This document shows, piece after piece, positions 49,219 through 58,325 of a stretch of DNA of 64,000 bases. The stretch comes from Candidatus Bathyarchaeia archaeon (GTDB taxonomy: Archaea > Thermoproteota > Bathyarchaeia > Bathyarchaeales > Bathycorpusculaceae). The position numbers and the translations under genes are program-made. Under the pieces are notes generated by a model. The model was not told the origin of the DNA, did no database searches, and was given only the letters and a program-made list of their open reading frames with translations. The first letter of the stretch is position 1. Every line of letters starts with the position of its first letter. The stretch covers positions 25,026 through 89,025 of the forward strand of contig JBEKTQ010000012.1 in NCBI GenBank assembly GCA_049515895.1. The letters run 5' to 3'.

Positions 49219-50517
49219 TTGCAACGTTTATTTATGGTCAAATTCGATTATCTTCTCAAAGATGACGATGTAAAACGATGGTACGACAATCTAGTTGCTG
49301 GTTCCGCAATTACAGCCGATGTTAATTTGGGGCTCTTAGGGCGTTTCTGCGAACTGAGCGACACAACTCCCAAGAAAATTTTGGAGGAAGCAGAGACAAA
49401 AGCGTTCAGAGATAGCTTTACAGATTTAGTGAGGAAACTCGAGAGCCAAGGTAAAGCTGGTTCTTACATAAATAGGTACAAGAAAGTTCTCCTCTCTTGG
49501 CTTTCCTACAACGGCTTACAAGTAAAACTTAAAGTAAAGATAAAAGGTGCAGATGACACACCAACTCTAACAAACGAATGTGTACCAACAAAAGAAGAAC
49601 TATCTAAAACCCTGAGAAAATCTAGTCCACGGGGAAGAGTATCTGGATCAATGATGGCTTTTAGCGGACTCAGACCTGAAAGCTTAGGAGACTATCTTGG
49701 CAAAGACGGAATAAGACTAGGCGACTTTAAAGAAGCCAAGATTACGCCAAGTGGAATAGAATTTGAAAAAACACCAAGTATGGTTACGATAAGAAGTAAC
49801 CTTAGTAAAGGCAAATTTCAGTACTTCACTTTTGTTCCGCAAGAAACGGCAACTTACATAAAAGAATACATGGAGGAAAGGGTAAAGGCGGGGGAGAAAA
49901 TTAACCCCGAAAGCCCACTTTTGCAGGTTGACGAAAGAGGCGGCAAAACAAACTCTTTTCTTAGAACCGCTTTGGTAACCAGAGATATACGAGAAGCTCT
50001 GCGAGGCGCAGGTTTCGCCTGGAGACCATACGTTCTCCGATGCTATTGTGACACGGCTTTTGATGTCGCTGAACACAAAGGGCTGATCTCTCATCCTTGG
50101 AGGATGTTTTTTATGGGTCACAAAGGCGACATAGAAGCTCGTTATTCTACTAACAAAACAAGACTTCCACCTGAGATAGTAGAGGAAATGAGGGAAGCTT
50201 ACAGGAAAGCCTCCACTTTGATGCAGACAACCAGTTCAGATTCGCTCAGCGAAGACCAGATGAGAAAGGCATTGAAGGAGCAGTTTCTTTTTGTGGCTGG
50301 ATTCAAGAAAGACGAAGTAGAGAAGATGAACTTGGCTGAGATGAGCGACGAAGAGCTTCAGGATAAAGTTAGACAAAAACTTCTAGGTGTTATGTCAAGC
50401 AATGGTTCAAGACAGAAAGTGATTTCAATCAATGACTTGAAGTCATATCTTAACCAGGGCTTCGAATATGTAGCTCCGTTGCCCAATGGGGAAGCAATTG
50501 TAAAGATTCCTTTCTGA
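49219..50517 (+). CDS. Site-specific integrase (tyrosine recombinase)
   Basis: FSGLRPE, RPYVLRCY, FMGHKGDIEARY. Confidence 0.93.
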   Translation: MQRLFMVKFDYLLKDDDVKRWYDNLVAGSAITADVNLGLLGRFCELSDTTPKKILEEAETKAFRDSFTDLVRKLESQGKAGSYINRYKKVLLSWLSYNGLQVKLKVKIKGADDTPTLTNECVPTKEELSKTLRKSSPRGRVSGSMMAFSGLRPESLGDYLGKDGIRLGDFKEAKITPSGIEFEKTPSMVTIRSNLSKGKFQYFTFVPQETATYIKEYMEERVKAGEKINPESPLLQVDERGGKTNSFLRTALVTRDIREALRGAGFAWRPYVLRCYCDTAFDVAEHKGLISHPWRMFFMGHKGDIEARYSTNKTRLPPEIVEEMREAYRKASTLMQTTSSDSLSEDQMRKALKEQFLFVAGFKKDEVEKMNLAEMSDEELQDKVRQKLLGVMSSNGSRQKVISINDLKSYLNQGFEYVAPLPNGEAIVKIPF

Positions 50518-50632
50518 AAAGAGAACTAGCGCGCAATTTGACAGCGCGCAATATTAATAGCCCTTAGGCATGGAACGTTTTAGTCATTCTTCTATGGTGA
50601 TTATAATCGTTAGGCATGGACCGTCCGCTTTG

Positions 50633-51928
50633 TTATGTGTCTCCCATGCGCGCAGACTTTTTCCTTTGCACGGTGTCAAGTAGAAGAAGCATTGAAAGGA
50701 GTGCGGGCGAAATATTATATTTCTTTACCAAGGTTTTCATTTCTTCGTCACGTTCTTCTGTTGAACTAACTGACAGAAAATTCGAGACATCCGTTACGAA
50801 CCCGGAAGTCACCAGGTTATCTGATAAGGCTTGCCAGAGCGACCAAGACGAAACTTCATGGTCACATCGGGTTTCGAGTTTCTTTAATTGTTGTAAAAGA
50901 TTGAAAAGCGCGTGGGGTTTTTCTCTTGCTGCGATCCTGAAAAAATCTTCTCGCACATTAATTCCAAGTCCCTTGAAAATTTCCACGATTTCCATTAAGC
51001 AGTCTCTCGTAAAAAACGCGAGATCGGCATAATTAAGCGCAAAATATTCTTCGCCTTGGAGACTCTTTTCGCTACTAATAGATTCTATTACAAAACCCTT
51101 TTCCAGTGACTCAAGTGCTTTTCTTGTGGCATCTTTAGTTGCTGGGCTTCCTTGTAGTGCAAGATGAGCAAAAATCTCGTTGAAGGTCATTTTTTCGTGG
51201 CAAGACAATAATTCAATGATTTCTTCTTTTGGAGGTTTTATTTTACGTAAATGCGATATGTAATTTATCACCAAATCTCTATAGAGTAGCAATTCCTGAT
51301 CCTGCGACATGCTGTATTTCATGCCCAATTTCATTCCAGATTGGTCCCGACCGATTCTGCATATTTCACCACGTCTTGCTAGCTTTTCCAGAAACTTGCT
51401 ACAACTATCAGCCTTTAATCCTGAAATTTCTGATACATCAACAGAATAAAATTCAACAGAGGGCACACGCGCTATTTTTACGTGTGATAATAAATATATG
51501 CAGCTCCATTGAACAATTCTTAGTTCCGGACTTTTAGGGTTAAGAAGGTATTTCATTAAGCCTTTCCTTCCCCTGCGCGGTTGAGTAGTCGGGTTAAAAA
51601 AGTGGTCGATAGCTATCTGAGAGGGGTTTGAAACCGTGTACTTTCCACTTGCGTGCGGAATTATTAGCCCACTGTTCACCAACTTCTCTACTAATACTAT
51701 GGCGTCTTTTTCTTCAATTAGTAAGTGCATATTGACTTGCTCGACTAATTCTTTAATGGAGAAGCTTCCTTTGAGAGACAAATCTAATATGCCTGCAATA
51801 ATGTGATGAGACGTTTTTTCTCCAAATAACACTCGCGAATCTAAGGGAGAAATTGTTCTCAAAATTGAAATTATTCCTTGTCCAACTGGAGGAATTGAAA
51901 TAATCCATTGTCCAATTGGAGTGGTCAT
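50633..51928 (-). CDS. Multi-wHTH-domain protein
   Basis: Three wHTH-like units (LVNSGLI, LARRGEI, LEKGFVI). Confidence 0.6.
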   Translation of the reverse strand: MTTPIGQWIISIPPVGQGIISILRTISPLDSRVLFGEKTSHHIIAGILDLSLKGSFSIKELVEQVNMHLLIEEKDAIVLVEKLVNSGLIIPHASGKYTVSNPSQIAIDHFFNPTTQPRRGRKGLMKYLLNPKSPELRIVQWSCIYLLSHVKIARVPSVEFYSVDVSEISGLKADSCSKFLEKLARRGEICRIGRDQSGMKLGMKYSMSQDQELLLYRDLVINYISHLRKIKPPKEEIIELLSCHEKMTFNEIFAHLALQGSPATKDATRKALESLEKGFVIESISSEKSLQGEEYFALNYADLAFFTRDCLMEIVEIFKGLGINVREDFFRIAAREKPHALFNLLQQLKKLETRCDHEVSSWSLWQALSDNLVTSGFVTDVSNFLSVSSTEERDEEMKTLVKKYNISPALLSMLLLLDTVQRKKSARMGDT

Positions 51929-52048
51929 AGGTGTCTGTGTTTCTTTGTTTCACTTTCTATTTATAACTATTAGTTAGGAACCGATGGAATTTTAACATTT
52001 AAAGTTCCAAGAAATCGATATAACTTCTTTTCACAAGTTCCATCAAAT

Positions 52049-52264
52049 ATGCAAAGAAAAAATCAAGCACGTGCGCACCCACCAAAATCGCAAAACCGAA
52101 TAGATCTTAGCCCATTGAAGAAGTTCGCATTTTCAAGTCTGCCAGAAGATTGGCCGCTCCGGGACGTTCTCCTAGTAGAAAGCGAAGAGATTGACATTTC
52201 CACATTTTTAGCACGACTGCCAGTTTGGCTTCAATTAAGTAAGTTCAAGAGGAGCCGAAATTAA
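52049..52264 (+). CDS. Small hypothetical protein
   Basis: 71-aa ORF heading a + strand gene run. Confidence 0.55.
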   Translation: MQRKNQARAHPPKSQNRIDLSPLKKFAFSSLPEDWPLRDVLLVESEEIDISTFLARLPVWLQLSKFKRSRN

Positions 52265-52352
52265 GTGGTTAATCATACTTCGATATGGGTTTTGCGCAAA
52301 ATTAATATGAAAAACACAATGTGCGTGTGCTGGCTGAGGAGGTGAGTAAAGC

Positions 52353-52817
52353 ATGGGCAACTGCGATTATTGGCTATTTGGCAAAGAATTAGAAATCGAC
52401 AAGTTGGGGGACATATGTAAGGGCGTTGGTGAGTTACTGAAAGTTAAATTCGGTCCTGCTGAGACCGGTAGCTTTCGGGACTGGACTGGAATCAGCGATT
52501 TTTTGATATGTTACAAGGATCTTCAACGAACGTTACATGAGCAAAAAAACCCCCTATACAGTAAAAAAGAAATTAGAGAAGAATGGCGTGGATGTCCTTT
52601 GGACGAAGGTGAAGCCGCAATCTGGTGGGTGGAGATCGAATGGGCCCACAAGGTCCCAACTGAGGTTTGGTCGTATATGTTTCAAGAAGGCAAAAGGCTG
52701 GGTATACAGCAATTGGTTGAAAATACCATTCATAAGTGGGGGGCTGAAGATGACTTGATCTTTAATCTAATAGAAACGGAACTGGGCAAGGGACAGTATC
52801 CTTCAACCCCAGTCTAA
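52353..52817 (+). CDS. Hypothetical protein
   Basis: Strong GAGGAGGTGA RBS. Confidence 0.7.
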   Translation: MGNCDYWLFGKELEIDKLGDICKGVGELLKVKFGPAETGSFRDWTGISDFLICYKDLQRTLHEQKNPLYSKKEIREEWRGCPLDEGEAAIWWVEIEWAHKVPTEVWSYMFQEGKRLGIQQLVENTIHKWGAEDDLIFNLIETELGKGQYPSTPV

Positions 52818-52855
52818 CTATCCTCGACTCATTACTCAAATGGAGTACCAAAAAG

Positions 52856-53998
52856 TTGGAAAAGGCAACAACTAAACATAGTACCCTTGAAGACTTCTTA
52901 AGCGAAGGATCAAAAGATAAAAATCAATTAGAAGATGTGCTCAGGAAAGAAACAGTATCGGATGTTGGTAGCCTGAACATCGAGGCGCGGATAGCCTCGA
53001 CTGAATTATCGCAAGAGCAAAGTTCACCCTTTGGGTACTTAGCAAGTTACAATTCAAAGATACCTCGCGCTCCAAAACAAGTACCCGACGGAACCAAAAC
53101 CAGCAATCTACTGGTAAAGAAAGTAATGATTGATGGACTCTTAACTCAAGTTAAACCAGTCATTCCAAAGAATGGGGTTGCGATTGCTGGTTTTTACAAA
53201 AAAATGAGCAAGGATGCTTGTCATACATATGTAATTCTAAAGCAAGAGAATAGTCAGTTCATCATGCTATCTTTTCCGAAAGGATCAATGGAAGAGAAAA
53301 TTATTCACTCTTCTCTCCTTAATGTTAAACACAATATAAGAATAAGAATTAAGAAAACGGATAATGCTCAGATACCGCTTGAAGTCCAAAAGAGACCAAA
53401 ATCTAAAACTGATTACGCATTTATAAGAAATATGGCTCTAATTAAAGGTCAAGAAATCTTTGGTGTCTATAGAGAACTACAAAAAGATTTTGACAACATC
53501 AACCTAATTCTTGAACTACCAAGAAGCAAGTTAGCGAAATTTTCCTTTCCTAAAACGTCGCTTGAAGCAGAGATAATAAAGTCTACCATTTCAAAAGTCA
53601 AACACAAAGTTAAGCTAAGAATAACAAAGACCGATGACGACAAAAGACCTATTGCCCTAAGTACAATTTTAGACACATCCACAAAAGGCAACTCCTTATA
53701 CATAGATAAGACAAGGCTCAGAATCGTTGAACAATATTCTGACCCAAGCATTCCAAATCGGAAAAAAAGGTGGTTGGAGGCAATCTCGACGATGGATGAA
53801 ATAATCGAAAATAAGCAATTTGTTGTAGCAGTTATAGTTGGAAAAAAAGTGCAATGTAATAAAATGCAAAAAATAGAAGCCAACCGATTCTTCTGCGCCT
53901 TTTATGGCGCAATGTATGGCACAGGATTCTGCCTCGAGAAATGTCAAGTAGCCAAAGAATTTCAAAAAATTACAGAAAGAGTTGGGATTTCTGCATAA
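52856..53998 (+). CDS. Hypothetical protein with duplicated beta-rich basic domain
   Basis: SFPKGSMEEKII...VKHNIRIRIKKTD and SFPKTSLEAEII...VKHKVKLRITKTD. Confidence 0.7.
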   Translation: MEKATTKHSTLEDFLSEGSKDKNQLEDVLRKETVSDVGSLNIEARIASTELSQEQSSPFGYLASYNSKIPRAPKQVPDGTKTSNLLVKKVMIDGLLTQVKPVIPKNGVAIAGFYKKMSKDACHTYVILKQENSQFIMLSFPKGSMEEKIIHSSLLNVKHNIRIRIKKTDNAQIPLEVQKRPKSKTDYAFIRNMALIKGQEIFGVYRELQKDFDNINLILELPRSKLAKFSFPKTSLEAEIIKSTISKVKHKVKLRITKTDDDKRPIALSTILDTSTKGNSLYIDKTRLRIVEQYSDPSIPNRKKRWLEAISTMDEIIENKQFVVAVIVGKKVQCNKMQKIEANRFFCAFYGAMYGTGFCLEKCQVAKEFQKITERVGISA

Positions 53999-54161
53999 TT
54001 TCAAGAAGAATAAAGGTCCACCGAAAAATGAACACCTTAGAAAATCACCGAAGATCCAACATGACCGTTACAGGTCTTGTTGGAAATACGGTGAATTTCT
54101 TGGAAGATCATCTCGGTGTTCAAAAACGGTGATATACCGTTAAAGTAACTTTGGTGAAAAA

Positions 54162-55568
54162 ATGGGAGAAAACAATGTGTATCAAAAAAAGTTGTCGGAT
54201 TCTATTGAAAAATCGGTTTGGAGTAAATCTGGGAAAAACAAACGAGGTTTGGCTCAAAATTCTCAGAGTCGTCGCTATTTAAGTCGCCCAAAGTTTAGAC
54301 AAATGCAACTCGAATCGTCATCTGGTTATGAGGCCGATGGTCTTCAAAGGCTATCTATGGTGAAAGCATTTTGGGATCCTCAGCGTTCAATCAGAAAATC
54401 TGGAACCTTGCCTTTGTTCCTTTTTTCAGAAGATCCCGTAGCATGCCCTAACTGTGGGCATGCGGATATAGCAAGTCATGGTCCAGCAGAACCCAAGGCT
54501 ATACAGTTAGCTTCTCAAGTAGCTTTTTCAAACTACAAGATAGCGTTTAAGGAAGCCTCAATTCTGGCCAGAAGTAATGACTTAAAAACAATATCGATAG
54601 CCCCGTTTTCATGGAATAGTCGTTGGAAATGCCAGCGATGTGGTGAGACTTTCCGTTGGGGTGTTGACAAAGGTCTGAAATTTCCGTTTGAGCTTTGGGG
54701 TATCATTCTATCTTCCTTTCTCGAGGGAGACGACCTGACCAGAATAAATAAAGAGGCGCGAAAGGGGGCTGAAAAAATGGGCATCAATGTAAATTCTATT
54801 TCAAGCGAAGCGGTATACAACATCGTTGAAAGAGCTTATCTAATTATGGCTTACTTTGAACCTATTGCTATTCGCAAATTCTCCGATAGGGAAGTGAAGC
54901 TGGGAACAGTTGAAATTGATTATTCCCCGTATCCCATCTACACTTTAGGCAGTAAAATTAAACAGCATAATCTCAAAAGTAGAAATATCACCTTTCATGA
55001 TTTAATTGAAAAGCTGGGTAAAAAAGAACTGAATCGTCTGGGCGTCAGAAAACGCGTCTTTGTCTACATTACTGGAGCGATTGACGCAGAGAGCCGTTAT
55101 CCGCCTCCGATGGTGACGGATTTTAGTTTCGACTACAAGCGTTCTCTAAAGTGCTTGGAACAGATGGTTAAGACCGTGGGAAGCAAGCCCAGTTTAATAA
55201 AGTGTGATGGCGCTATTTGTCATCGAAACGCTGTGAAAATGTTTCTGCCCGATGTTGAGTTATACACTAGAACCAAGGCACAATGTTACAATATTGTGAA
55301 TCACGTTGAGCGCTATTGGGATGAACTCAAAGACGAATGTATGCGCCCGTACAGGTTCATGTCACTTGGAACGGTTGAGTTAGCTGTTGAACTTAAACGA
55401 CTTGAGCATATATTTTTGCGTCCTCATACAAACCTATGCAATAAGACACCAGCAGAATTTCTCGGAGTCAAGATTCCAAAAAGCATAACTCGAAACGAGA
55501 ATGAAAAATGGCAAAGAATGCTGAAATTTGCTTACACTGTTAATATGATGGAAAGGTGGGGGACTTGA
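54162..55568 (+). CDS. IS6-like DDE transposase/integrase with Zn ribbon
   Basis: CPNC...CQRC; EIDYS, AIDAESR, KCDG, NHVER; RPHTNL..KTPAE. Confidence 0.75.
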   Translation: MGENNVYQKKLSDSIEKSVWSKSGKNKRGLAQNSQSRRYLSRPKFRQMQLESSSGYEADGLQRLSMVKAFWDPQRSIRKSGTLPLFLFSEDPVACPNCGHADIASHGPAEPKAIQLASQVAFSNYKIAFKEASILARSNDLKTISIAPFSWNSRWKCQRCGETFRWGVDKGLKFPFELWGIILSSFLEGDDLTRINKEARKGAEKMGINVNSISSEAVYNIVERAYLIMAYFEPIAIRKFSDREVKLGTVEIDYSPYPIYTLGSKIKQHNLKSRNITFHDLIEKLGKKELNRLGVRKRVFVYITGAIDAESRYPPPMVTDFSFDYKRSLKCLEQMVKTVGSKPSLIKCDGAICHRNAVKMFLPDVELYTRTKAQCYNIVNHVERYWDELKDECMRPYRFMSLGTVELAVELKRLEHIFLRPHTNLCNKTPAEFLGVKIPKSITRNENEKWQRMLKFAYTVNMMERWGT

Positions 55569-55597
55569 GAAACTTCTAATTTGGAATCGATTTGGCT

Positions 55598-56722
55598 TTA
55601 TTGTCTGCATTTTTCTTGGGCTTTACTGATCAGGTCTATCCAGGTAAGTTTCTTTTCTGACAGCCCAGCTGCTTGAGAAGGCGTTTTGCCACCGAGGGCC
55701 ATGTGTCCTCTGCAGTTGTTATAGTATTGGCGGAATCCTTTACTGAAGAGTTTTGCGCCTGTTTCGTTGTTGAAATGCTTTGTCAACTTTGTTCTTTCCT
55801 TTACTGTTCCCATCAATCTTTCCATTTCATTATTGGATTTTATTCCAGTAAGCCCAGGACCTTGAATGTGAATTAGAGGAGCAGTTCTATTTTTCGAGAG
55901 TTTCAATGCCTCTGCGTAGGAACTTAAGCCGTCAGTTATCAGTTCAGAAACCTGACCCTCCAAGGTTTTTGTTTTACTCTGTCCTTTCTCAAGCAGGATA
56001 GTGGCATCTTCAGTTGACCGCCTGGCGCTTATATGTTCGGCAACTAAGATTTTGGTTTCTCGATCTAACAGGCCCCAAAGCATGAGATGGCGACCTCTTA
56101 GTTTTACCATTGTCTCGTCTGCGGCTAACCGTTCCCCAGTTGTCATAGGTCCGCTTGGAGCGTATCTTTCCACCAGTTCCACGTATTTCGCTATCCAATA
56201 GTAAATAGTTGTGTAAGAAACCTTTATGCTATAAAGTGTCTCAAAATGTTCACTAATTTTTCTTAGTGAAAGCCCTTTGTAAAATAAGTCGAGAGCAGTC
56301 GCAATTATTTTTGCTTGGTTTTTCATACCTTCAAATCCATTCCTGTTAGAATATGTTGTCTTGCAATGTTTGCAGCGATACCGTTTGGCAGGACCACTTT
56401 TGTTAATTCGAATGCAATGAAGAGTTTTTTCTGATGAGCCACATTTTGGGCAAGATAGTTTTGCTTCATTGTCGGGTTTGAGCGCTGGAATGAAGGCTTT
56501 AATGGTTAGATAGTAGCTGACAGCGTGGATGTGTTTGCAGTTTTTTTGTTTTCTGTTGAAATCGGGGCATGTGCAGGTCCATTTTTTGCCAGTCCAGTTC
56601 ACTTCATATAATATCGGGGCATCATTCTCGGAATGAACAAGAAATCTGGATTGGCTCAGTTCCTGGACATGGTTTTCCGAGAATAAGTTTATTCCTTTTT
56701 GTTCTCTCCGACTTAAGACCAA
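55598..56722 (-). CDS. IS6-like DDE transposase with SWIM finger and Zn ribbon
   Basis: CTCPD...CKH (SWIM), CPKC...CKHC, ADET, ITDG, NNEMER, GKTP. Confidence 0.88.
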   Translation of the reverse strand: MVLSRREQKGINLFSENHVQELSQSRFLVHSENDAPILYEVNWTGKKWTCTCPDFNRKQKNCKHIHAVSYYLTIKAFIPALKPDNEAKLSCPKCGSSEKTLHCIRINKSGPAKRYRCKHCKTTYSNRNGFEGMKNQAKIIATALDLFYKGLSLRKISEHFETLYSIKVSYTTIYYWIAKYVELVERYAPSGPMTTGERLAADETMVKLRGRHLMLWGLLDRETKILVAEHISARRSTEDATILLEKGQSKTKTLEGQVSELITDGLSSYAEALKLSKNRTAPLIHIQGPGLTGIKSNNEMERLMGTVKERTKLTKHFNNETGAKLFSKGFRQYYNNCRGHMALGGKTPSQAAGLSEKKLTWIDLISKAQEKCRQ

Positions 56723-56870
56723 CGTCTTATCTCCCTTCTACCTTTTGTGATCTAATGAAGCTGTACGTATAAATCGCCGTTCTAACGATGTTGAGTTTGT
56801 AGAGATGTTCTTTTTGGTTACTTGCTGAGTCGTTTGAATTTGCTTGCGGTTTTTTATCGATTGACATTTA

Positions 56871-57608
56871 CTAATTCATCTCCTGCTCAAACTTTGTTAC
56901 AACGGCTTCTACTACGGAAGGCAATGTCTTGATTATGCCATTTGAGAAATCCGAGAAAGTCTCTTGGAGTTGCTTCGAGTTAGGCGACCAGCTTTTTGCG
57001 TCAGTAGAGTGATTGCAGTATGGTTCAATAGTTTCGAGTAGTCGCTCACCTCGAGCAATTATCATTTTAACGAATTGCGTGAGCAACTCTTCATTCTCTT
57101 TTGCATCCAAGACAAGCATCTGTTGATTTCTAATTCTCCAAATGATAAGTGATCGATGATCGTTATCGATCAAGTATCTGAGAAGTTGAGGAACTGATAG
57201 GGAGAAACCTGTTTTGACCTCAACTACAATTTCAATGCAACTTGAACGCAAACTGAGACCGTGACTAGAAGAAACAATGAAAACATCGACTTTGCCGTAC
57301 TTGAGATTTTCCTCGTTCGTAATGACAACTGTATGACCAACCTTGACTAGCTGGGCATACAACTCCTCTATAAGTAGACTGCAAGCTAGTTGATGAAGCT
57401 CAGAGTAAATGTTGTCAATACGCTGGAAGCTTTTAGTTCGGAGGGTTTTGTCTACGCATGCAATACAAGCATTTCTTGCTAAAACCTCGATTATCGTTGC
57501 TTTTCGGGGTTGACCTCTTGAGAAAAGGTTGTATCGGTCCGCTATTTGAGAGCAAACGTAATCGAGTTCGGATTTCTCAATTGTTTGTATAGTCTGTTTG
57601 TTTGTCGT
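56871..57608 (-). CDS. PD-(D/E)XK nuclease-like protein; frame open to an ACG codon at 57608
   Basis: YGKVDVFI...VEVKTG..QLLRY; 82 additional open codons upstream of the tracked TTG start, GAGGTGA RBS before ACG. Confidence 0.7.
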   Translation of the reverse strand, partial: TTNKQTIQTIEKSELDYVCSQIADRYNLFSRGQPRKATIIEVLARNACIACVDKTLRTKSFQRIDNIYSELHQLACSLLIEELYAQLVKVGHTVVITNEENLKYGKVDVFIVSSSHGLSLRSSCIEIVVEVKTGFSLSVPQLLRYLIDNDHRSLIIWRIRNQQMLVLDAKENEELLTQFVKMIIARGERLLETIEPYCNHSTDAKSWSPNSKQLQETFSDFSNGIIKTLPSVVEAVVTKFEQEMN

Positions 57609-57619
57609 ATTCTTTCACC

Positions 57620-57868
57620 TCAGGAAAATCCATAGTTAGGTCGTGTTGGTTTGACTGGTCTTTCTTGAAAAGTGATTGAGTTGGGGCAATGGGTGCATTT
57701 CTCTTTCCAGTTGAAGTTTTTGCCATATACCAGGCAAAGTCTTCGAGTTTTAAGTTGAGGTTTGTCGTTGAAGATCGCGTCGCTATTACCAACTTCTGAG
57801 CAACTAGCGACTGTTGCAGCTTTTTTGGGCGTTGGCTCCCCATGTCTTACACATATTATGCTTGCCAT
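57620..57868 (-). CDS. Small Cys-containing hypothetical protein
   Basis: ATG 57868; C...CTHC. Confidence 0.5.
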   Translation of the reverse strand: MASIICVRHGEPTPKKAATVASCSEVGNSDAIFNDKPQLKTRRLCLVYGKNFNWKEKCTHCPNSITFQERPVKPTRPNYGFS

Positions 57869-57978
57869 ATTTACACCTTTTACTACATTTACTGCACATA
57901 CATCACAAAGATATTTAAGCTTTACTACACATACGACACGTGTGACAAAGACGCTAAAAAGCAAGAATTACGCATCTA

Positions 57979-58203
57979 ATGAGAGCGGACCGAATGATTC
58001 ACAAACATAAGAGAACCAATATATTCGTAATCGACGAGGAACTCTGGGCCTGGGCTCAATATAGAGCTAAAACTCTAGGTTATGAATCATCGTCAGATTA
58101 CATATTCGACCTAGTAAAACTTGACAAAGAAAAAGACATACTTAAAAGGAAGGAGCAAAAGCTGGAAGCCTCCAGCAAAAATCGGGCCAAAACAGTTACT
58201 TAA
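57979..58203 (+). CDS. Ribbon-helix-helix (CopG-like) regulator
   Basis: RTNIFVIDEELW...AKTLGYESSSDYIFDLV. Confidence 0.75.
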   Translation: MRADRMIHKHKRTNIFVIDEELWAWAQYRAKTLGYESSSDYIFDLVKLDKEKDILKRKEQKLEASSKNRAKTVT

Positions 58204-58325
58204 TTAACAAAATTGCACGCGGCATAAGCCTAAACTGGCGCGAACAATTCAATCTCAGAATTTACAGCTTAATTGTCCGCATTATGGGTTGGAAACTCTC
58301 TTCCAGCCTTTTTTCACTCCACTGA

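Larger units (their letters stand above)
49161..58210. mobile_element. Second integrase-led element (right boundary approximate)
   Basis: att remnant, integrase, DDE enzymes, nuclease, RHH regulator. Confidence 0.55.
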
